Source of the DNA: Balanoglossus misakiensis
Lineage: Eukaryota > Animalia > Hemichordata
Direction: 5' to 3'
DNA: 64,000 nt
NCBI GenBank assembly: GCA_040954595.2
Contig: CM082576.2
Span: 1,102,648 to 1,166,647, forward strand
The position numbers and the translations under genes were made by a program. The notes beneath the pieces were generated by a model that had not been told where the DNA came from, searched no databases, and saw only the letters and a list, made by a program, of their open reading frames with translations. This document shows positions 51,103 through 64,000 of the stretch, in pieces (positions within the stretch are counted from its first letter, which is position 1; each line of letters starts with the position of its first letter).

Positions 51103-52020
51103 ATGTGTACTACACAGAAAAGGTCTTACGAAATCAAAACTCCAAATGAAATCAAAAAGGGTAATCACTTTGCAGTTGTGCGATTTGAAGGAGCGTACTC
51201 ACATCACATGATTGCAACTGAAGATGGCAAAGCAGACAGTACAAAGTTGAACGTCATTCACTACAGTGGAAGTAATACAAAGCTCTATTCATCTCAAAGT
51301 GGACTTGCTCGAATCATAGAGAGTGAGGAAGATATAGATCCAAGCAAAGACTCTTATGTTTTGTATCAGTATGAAGTGGATGACACCAGTAACAATCCTG
51401 ACGACATTGTGAAAAGAGCCAGGGAAAGGCTAGGAGAAAATGACTATTCTGTTGAAACTAATAATTGTGAACATTTTGCCACATGGTGCATCTCGGGAAA
51501 GTCTGAGTCAGATCAGTTGGAAAAATCACTTAGTAGACGAATCTGTGCCAAAGTGGTAGAGGAAGCACATCCAATTCAACTGATACGATCTTTTTTTAGA
51601 CAAATCAGTAAGCCTTCTCTAAAGGGCATTATTTCTGCCATTGAAAAGGCTGTCCTGAAAGCAGGTGCTCGTCTCTTCAAGGAAAGTACCAAAGTAACTG
51701 CAAAGCAACATTTGGCAGCAACTGCTGCAATGTCACTTGGTGTTGCTGTCGGTGTGGAGATTGTCTTTCTGATTTATGATCTATTGGAAATATGGTTAAA
51801 CAACAAACTACTTGATAAAAAACAACGTAAAATTCAAACATGGAAAGTTTGTTGTAGGTTTTTTGGAGCTGTTGCTGGTACCACTGCAGGTGCAGTAGTT
51901 GGTCAAGCTTTTATCCCAGTACCAGTGTTGGGGGCAGTGGTGGGTGGATTTGTCGGGGGAATCCTGGGAAGTTTTTTGGGGAAGTGTATAAGTGAAGTTG
52001 GCAGATTATTTCACAAATAG
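51103..52020 (+). CDS. LRAT/PLAAT (HRASLS, NlpC/P60 permuted) domain protein with a C-terminal hydrophobic glycine-zipper region, 305 aa, single coding exon
   Basis: YSHHMIA (His), VIHYSG (His) and RARERLGENDYSVETNNCEHFATWC with the NCEHF catalytic Cys motif. C-terminus GAVAGTTAGAVVGQAFIPVPVLGAVVGGFVGGILGSFLG. Confidence 0.9.
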   Translation: MCTTQKRSYEIKTPNEIKKGNHFAVVRFEGAYSHHMIATEDGKADSTKLNVIHYSGSNTKLYSSQSGLARIIESEEDIDPSKDSYVLYQYEVDDTSNNPDDIVKRARERLGENDYSVETNNCEHFATWCISGKSESDQLEKSLSRRICAKVVEEAHPIQLIRSFFRQISKPSLKGIISAIEKAVLKAGARLFKESTKVTAKQHLAATAAMSLGVAVGVEIVFLIYDLLEIWLNNKLLDKKQRKIQTWKVCCRFFGAVAGTTAGAVVGQAFIPVPVLGAVVGGFVGGILGSFLGKCISEVGRLFHK

Positions 52021-52706
52021 ACTTGACCAAAACATTTTATGCAAAGTCAGCTGTTATGAACCAGTTACCTTATTGGTATCAGAGCAGAAATATTTGTAAA
52101 GATAGTACAGAAATAATTGGTTTGGATTGCACTTGGAAGAATTTATATCTTAAAGTAAACTCACATAATTTCATACCAACATTCAATGCTTACAACCAAT
52201 TGCCAAGATAAAAAAAATACTTTTTTTCAGGTATATTCAATGTACATTATCAATATCAGAATGTTACATTTAACATTTTTTATAACCAGACATGCACAGT
52301 CATATCTACCAACATTTAAACTTTACAAAGAAATTCAGTGGTTTTCAAGTTATCAGTGTGACACAAATTGTTGGGATGGACACTGGACACCACCAGATGG
52401 ACATACAATGTACAGACAAAATGTATACAGTGCTGATTGTGTGATTTACATTATGTGTCCAAAATTGGGAACAAATTGACCAATTTTCAGCTTTTTTCTG
52501 GTGTTGATACCTTGAAATCATGTTTACCTGAAAAATGTGTACAATAACCATAGTGTTATGCAAATTATGTTTAAGTTTGACGCCTGGGATACCTGGTTTT
52601 TTATGTACATAACCTGCTACCGGTACCCTTTATTGATTTGAACACAAGAAAGTGCCAGATGTCTATATTATTTCAATAATTAACTTAGTAATGTTGGACT
52701 CAACTT

Positions 52707-53076
52707 TTGCAGTGTCAGTGTGAACTGTTTTACTGAGAAGAGTGAAAAGTTAGTGTATTTGACATTATATCTTTGGACAATTTGGACATTGGTCCCTCAT
52801 TAGATAACGTTACATTATGTAAATTTATCAAATTGTAATCATGGTACATGAAGTATATTAACTTGTATTTCCAATGGCCTACATACACTGTGTGTTCAAA
52901 GAATTATTGTTTTTTTTTTTTTGGTGTGTGATTGATTTACTCCTGAAACAGTCTTGAAACAAGCTCAAATTTAACTTTTTGTTGCAGTGTCAGTGTGTAA
53001 TGTTTTACTGAGAAGAATGAAATGTTAATGTGTGATATTATATCTTTGTGTAATTTGGACAGTAGTCCCTCTTTAG
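52707..53076 (+). repeat. Diverged direct duplication of about 95 bp (52707-52803 and 52982-53076)
   Basis: Both copies share TTGCAGTGTCAGTGTG...TGTTTTACTGAGAAGA...ATTATATCTTTG...AATTTGGACA...GTCCCTC. Confidence 0.75.
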
Positions 53077-56000
53077 GACTGTTGTTTGGATTATGCGTAT
53101 AAAATGGGGTAGACTCTTTCACAGCACTTTGCTGACTGCAAGATCTTATAATTGAATGCCCTCAATGTTATGGTCCAGCAAATGATCCTGTTCTAGAGTG
53201 AAGTTAATCTAAAACAGGAAATACACTTCTGTTGTGTAATGTGGATTTGGAAACACACAACCTGGACCATAACCATGCAAGTATATATAATAAGTGAGAC
53301 TCTGGAAGAGAAAGATAGAATTCTTAACAGTAAAGAAGTCAACTCAGCACATATATGTTGCAAGATCTGACAACTACTACTAGTTTAGTGCAGTACTCTA
53401 ACAATACACAGCTACTCTGCAAACCAAAGACACATCCTGCAAATCCACTCAGTGGATTGGCTTCACTTATATTCGAGTATTTACTGGTAGCCCCTAACAA
53501 AACAACTCATCAAATTTCACAGTACACACAATGTGCATAGTACATACCCTTTACACCCTATAAATACATCTTTATTCCTTGAATTATCCTGAGAAAGACC
53601 AGTCCTTGATCAGCCCCTCCTGGTCAGCAATATGCTGGCTCTGCCTTATAGCTGAAGGGAATCTGGCCAACGTCCAGTGCTACAAACTGTCACAACCACA
53701 GCATGTCCATCATGGATCACTCTTAATTTGGTCTTTAAAAAGCCTTGCAAATTTCAAATGGCATTTTAATTATTGATAAACATAATCTGGACTCTCCAAA
53801 GAAACAGAGAATGACCACAAAGACAAAATCTATACTGCATGTGTATATATTGGTATTTCAGAGTTCAGCTTGACTAGGAACTACAATGGCAATCCTAAAT
53901 AATGCTTGGTCCATGCTGCATCTATTGTGTGATAGGTTACTACAAAAACAGCTTGCAGACAGAATTAGTGTATTGATTCAACAACTTTTACGGCCAGCCC
54001 TGTAATATGAATTATTTATTGCTGGAGGAGGGATACATAATGAGTCAAACAATGAGTGTATAATTCAAGTCCATAAAAGACTTTGACAGTTTCTTCAAGG
54101 TGTTAATTTAATTAATGAAGCGTGCTCCTGATCTAATTCATTTTGGATTCTATTCTATATTTCTACAATGCATTTTTGGGGGTCTGCAACTCAGCATTAC
54201 TGTCAGACACAGGTCACTTTAATATTTAAGAGTTGCACACCAACTGGAATAAAGCTGTATTGTCACATTGATTGAACATGACACTACAGGATTCACAAAT
54301 TCTGCTAATACAACTTTGCTTTCAAGTAAACCAAACCATGAAATGTAAGAATGCTATAGGATACACAAAGGGAAGTGTAAAATTAGCTCCAGTATTGATC
54401 GGTACATTAAACCTTCTATTTTCACATAGTGTTCCTTGAACAAAAGCCAACTGTGACACCGTGGCTAATACAACAAGTTTTTTGGTGGCAAGAGTCACTG
54501 AGGTTGTGTGTATAACTGAAGAAATGCTCATTTTATACCCTGTTACTGTCTGCCTATAAATAGTCAGTTTAACCCTTTTGCTACTACTGTTTGATATAAA
54601 CTCACATGAAATGAAATGGACTGGAAGTACCAAAGGCAAAATGGCACCCCACTTGAATCGAGTCTTTCAACTCTAATTGGAACTTCAAATTTGATGACTG
54701 ATGATTCAAATGCATCCTGATTTTAATGATACACCCCTGGCTAATCTATTTTTAAAAGTGCATTTTTGAGAATAAGTTAATCTACCAGGAATGGTTTTCC
54801 ATCAAATACACTGATTATAATTATAAACTAATTAATATTAATGGCCCTATGTGTTTCCTGATCTTGCATTAATAGTTGTACGGGGTCTGTAAGACGTTCC
54901 CATGGTGATGAATGAATCACTGGTATTTTGAATATGCCACAATTACATCTGCTCTGTGTGTATCATCATCTAAATGATTGTGTAAACCCCTTTTATGTTT
55001 CAAATTGTAATTAACAGTAAAACAAAATCATTGATATGTCTGTAAAATGTGGTGACACAAAAGACCTGTGAAGTCAACACAGCAATCATTGTGTTCACCT
55101 TGCTCGAGTTGAAAGTGTTTGCAGTTTGACCCCTGTGTGACCCCTCAGTAAACAAATTAGCCATTGAGAAACTCATGCACTCATATCCTGAGATTGAAAC
55201 TACTGCCAGGTATCTTTATTACTAAAGAAAGTATGTGTATAAGTGATAAAGAAAAATTTCTCATTTCTCATGTCAACACTTCAAAAATTTAAGGTCAGAC
55301 AATGCTAACTGAAACCAGTCCCAAGTCAAATGAGGTTAAATTCTCTAGAATAAAATTTTCTCTCCAGGGGCATAAACCCCTCTCACAAAGTGGTCATACT
55401 AGACATGATAGAACTGGACACAAACTATACATAAACACTGTTTACACGACCAGGTCCAGGCAGGACACAATGTAGCTTGTAATGTAAGGTTAGTAGCTCC
55501 GAGCTCCAACACATGGCATCACATAAGACTATTACAAATGTATAAAGGTTTTAATACATGCCAACAGTGAATTTGCTCATTTCTTATAGGCATCGCATTA
55601 ATCTCATGAACAGCTGCCACTCGGCTATAAATGCGTTTTATTCGACTGGAAAACTTCACATAGAAAACACATTCTATGTGACAATGCCTCCTGTCAGTGA
55701 GCAGAATACTGATGACAAGTTGCAAAATTTCACTGTTGCCATGACAGCTGAGTTGTGCAATGCAATGCAAATGAATGTACAGAATACATTTGTAAATTTT
55801 TTACAACATTTTTGCTAATCAGAATTTTATGGAAAGGAAAATGTTGAATTTCAGCCACCCAGGCTTAATACAAAGCACTTGAAAATATAGAAATACCTGA
55901 CATCACACACATAAAGTCAGAAGGTGAACCGTTGTATATAGAGTCAATTCAATAATTCACTCTGTCAATTATTTTTCACATAGTTCTTCAGTTTGACTTT

Positions 56001-56498
56001 GAATGATCAAAAGCACCATTTTCAGCTGTAATAATGTAAAAAAAAACACTTAATAGCAACCGAAAAACAGCTGCTATGCCTAAAATATATTTCAGAGACT
56101 GCCATGAACAGATCTGAAATCATACCAGTTTTAGCAGCCTATTAAAAATCACTCAAGTCCCATTAGACTGTACAGATACACTCTACCAACATCCACTAAT
56201 TTGTTAGCTATGCTCATTTTCCATTTATCAAAAACCACTGCAGCCCCTCAGCCTGATTGTACAAATAGAAATTCTACATTTTCAATATTAGTATTCTATC
56301 TTAAATATAGTAATTTCTATAGCAACTCCATAATGCTAACCTCATTCTCCTTCATAAAGAGTGATTTGATAAAATAAATATACCACACCGAATTCCTTTG
56401 GATAAATGTGTATGGTGATTTAAGAATGTTGCAAAGAAGTAAAAGGCTTCTACAGAAAAATAACAGGTTTATTTCAGTGGATAAGGTACTTTATACAT

Positions 56499-57235
56499 GA
56501 CAAGAGATGTGAACCTGCAAAGTTTCAAGGACAGCCTTGCTAAAATTCATGCAAAACAAGATCAACAGTTACTACAAACTTTCAAAAGAAATTTTTATTC
56601 CATACTATTAACTCATGTAAAGCAAGGCCCAGGTCTGCAATAAATATTTGGTTTGGGATGGGATTGGCAAAATAAAATAAAAGATCACACTTTTCATGGC
56701 TGCTGTAATATGCAAAATGAGGTCATAGGTCAGCCAAAATTTGGAGACAAATTCTGGACCCTAATACTTTTAGTATAGATCATATGTTAAGATATGGAAT
56801 GGTAGGTCAAGGGTCACTCCAAAATTTGGAAACAAATCTCATCCCTAATTAACCCATTACCAACTCTGAGATATGCAAAAGTTTCCAAGTTCTCTGATAA
56901 ATTATGCATGCCACGCCCACCTATAATCTTATCAGATCAAGTGGTGTACCAATTTATATGACAAAATGACACTTGTAAAAGTCCAATGAAAATAGCAAAA
57001 ATACAGTTTGGAGATATTCAAGCCATCTTCCTGCCATATTTATGCAAATTATTCTTAAATTATGCAAGCCACGCCCACCATTACCTTATAAAAAGTTTTA
57101 CACAGAAAGCCTCTGGAAATAGTAGAAAGTTAATGACAAAGTTGTACACAGCAAGGCAAATTCCCCCTGTCACTGATGGATCTGTACAGAGAGTGATTGA
57201 ATGAGCCATGCTTGCATAGATGCAGATGGACTACA
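56499..57235. mobile_element. Probable non-autonomous Helitron/HINE-like interspersed repeat
   Basis: Internal sub-repeats (CCAAAATTTGGA-ACAAAT x2; ATTATGCA..CCACGCCCACC x2), an ACAAGAG start and a short 3' imperfect palindrome. The classification is inferred from style. Confidence 0.4.
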
Positions 57236-58186
57236 TTTCATCACACTACACTACCTTATATTAGCTATGACTGAAGTGGAAGTTGTTGGTTTCCTGTTTA
57301 TCTGGATAGATTAATTTTTACTAGTGGCATGTAGCTGTCGATCCTTGAGTGTGTGCTATGTTTTTTTAACATATTAGACAGTCACCCTTATTTTTGTTAC
57401 AATAAATGGTTCGCTTACGACACCATTACATAATCTGCTGTAGTTGGCCATGAATGGAACTTTCACAAAAGGCATGGGTCGGATTATGCATTTTCAGTCA
57501 TGCAGAACTCCAGAGAAGGATTTGTTATTTGTGACACAACTACAAACGTGATCGCCTTTGATCATTGCAAACTAAGTCTGGTGGATGTGGACACTGACTC
57601 TTCACATAGTGTGTTTATGAAATGAAACTAGACCTTTTTGTTTAGATTTTTTGTTTCCTTTTGATCTTTCTTCTTAAATTTTTCAATGTACTGATTCCGA
57701 TTACATTTTGGCATGATCACCCTCCATAAAGCGATCGAACGAAATAAGACGTGCTCCTCCCACAATCCCGAAATGACATTGACAGATGAATGATCATCAA
57801 GATCTTCAGAACGAAACATACAAGAAGGGTGCGGTGCTAGATCGAGTCAAGATCGAAGAACTACATCATGCATATACAAATTCCTGAGTTCATTGAATGA
57901 TATATTGAGTCATGGTCCAGTTTGTACGACTGGGAGACTGCGAGACTCTGAGAATACAAACACGATGTTTTGTCGAGCGCGTTTCCTTTCGCATCCTCCG
58001 CTTTATGCTTCTGAGTGACGCAGTACGTGTATGATTTCATTTGCGTCTGGACAGTTGTTGTCATAGTTTTTTTCTCCCAATTTAAACGTCTGATGAGGAC
58101 AAACGGCAGTCGTATATACTATAGCTATGAACCATATGCCGTAGATCTGGCCAGACAGTACACAGAAGCTAGCTCGTTATTCTTAC

Positions 58187-58560
58187 CTGTTAAGAGGTGT
58201 CCGTGTCTTTCTACGACGAAAAAGGGATTTTTTCAAAATTCCGCCGGGTACAATTATTTCACCTGCCCATGTTAATACTGGTATCTAGGGCATCGCCGAC
58301 TTAATGGTAAACATTCAGTAGACAATTCCGTTGCAGAAAATTTCGGTATCTTTCAAAATGAGGCGCTCTAGATAGGCTATGACTTAATTTCTATAGGGTA
58401 GACTGGCGCCCTCATCGATGGGAGGTGACGGACGACGCGTGACGTGTTTTCATAAACGAAAGTATTACTATTACTTTCAGCTATAAATTGACGTCGCACT
58501 TTTTCTGCCGATTTTCAATACCCGTTCGTGACAAAATCTTTGATCGCAAATTTCTTGCAA
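58187..58560 (-). promoter_or_regulatory. Putative CpG-rich promoter and non-coding first exon of the ARHGEF33-like gene
   Basis: CpG enrichment rises abruptly at about 57700-58560 against CpG-poor flanks. Minus-strand donor CAG|GTAAGA at 58187/58186. The ATG-containing exon has an acceptor at 49602, so an upstream exon is required. Confidence 0.55.
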
Positions 58561-58844
58561 TCGGTAAAAGAGCTTTATTTTCCAGTGTTACGAGAACATG
58601 TGTCACTATATTAATTTGGAGGAAAACTGATTCATCTTGTGGTATCTTTGAAAAATGGAAATTTTCATGATTTATAAGAGCCATTTGATATCAGTAGATC
58701 AGGCTGTGAAATCCTTTAATCCTAATAGTATTTCTGGAGAGCATAATGGGTTGTTAAGGGCTTCATCATATCAAGTATATTCATTATAGTAAAAACACAA
58801 TAATGAGTTTAGTAAAACACAAATTAAACTTTCACTGAAGACTC

Positions 58845-58850
58845 TTTATT
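58845..58850 (-). terminator. Probable polyadenylation signal of ERCC2
   Basis: AATAAA on the minus strand, about 370 nt after the stop. Confidence 0.5.
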
Positions 58851-59223
58851 TCTCTGTGTAAAGTTTTACATCAAAATGTTACACTTATGACTGTGAAGAG
58901 TATTAAAATATATGTGAGTAACTTCCTCATAAAAACTCCTCAATAAATCAGTACACAATAAAGTAAACAAAAATTTTCTGAATGAGTTCAATAACAAAAA
59001 ACTTCACAAATTTTGTGAGTCCTAAGCTCCCTCAAAATCATAATGAATAGCATTCATCTTGAATGTAGTATGTGAATTAAGTGACTCTAACAAGCAATAT
59101 ATGTCAACAAATACAGATCACCAGTCTACACATCAACATTAGTGGTAGTTTCCTTTTGTCCATCCAGAGCTCATGTGTTCTGATGAAGAGTGGCAGTGGG
59201 TCAGACAGAGAGGCAGTAAACAT

Positions 59224-64000
<4,777 letters not shown>

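Overview
Intron-rich animal genomic DNA, AT-rich with GT-AG introns. An invertebrate deuterostome such as a hemichordate or echinoderm is my inference from gene content and repeat style, not proven. I spliced the exons by hand with phase checks and found seven protein-coding genes. (1) The last coding exon of YLPM1 (+). (2) A 3-exon, 366-aa gene joining a CENP-B/pogo-type HTH to a HIRAN-like domain (+). (3, 4) Two head-to-head paralogous class A peptide-type GPCRs (789 aa on -, 801 aa on +) with identical coding intron positions and very long C-tails; the second has lost several activation motifs. (5) A 14-coding-exon ARHGEF33-like RhoGEF with a DH but no PH domain (-). (6) An LRAT/PLAAT-family gene nested antisense in the RhoGEF 5'UTR intron, preceded by a tandem ISRE-like element. 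(7) The 3' portion of ERCC2/XPD (-). Also present are a double-hairpin non-autonomous element, Helitron/HINE-like remnants, a possible decayed nested gene, uORFs and oriented CTCF-like motifs. No CRISPR, rRNA or tRNA was recognised. Family assignments come from remembered motifs; no database searches were run.
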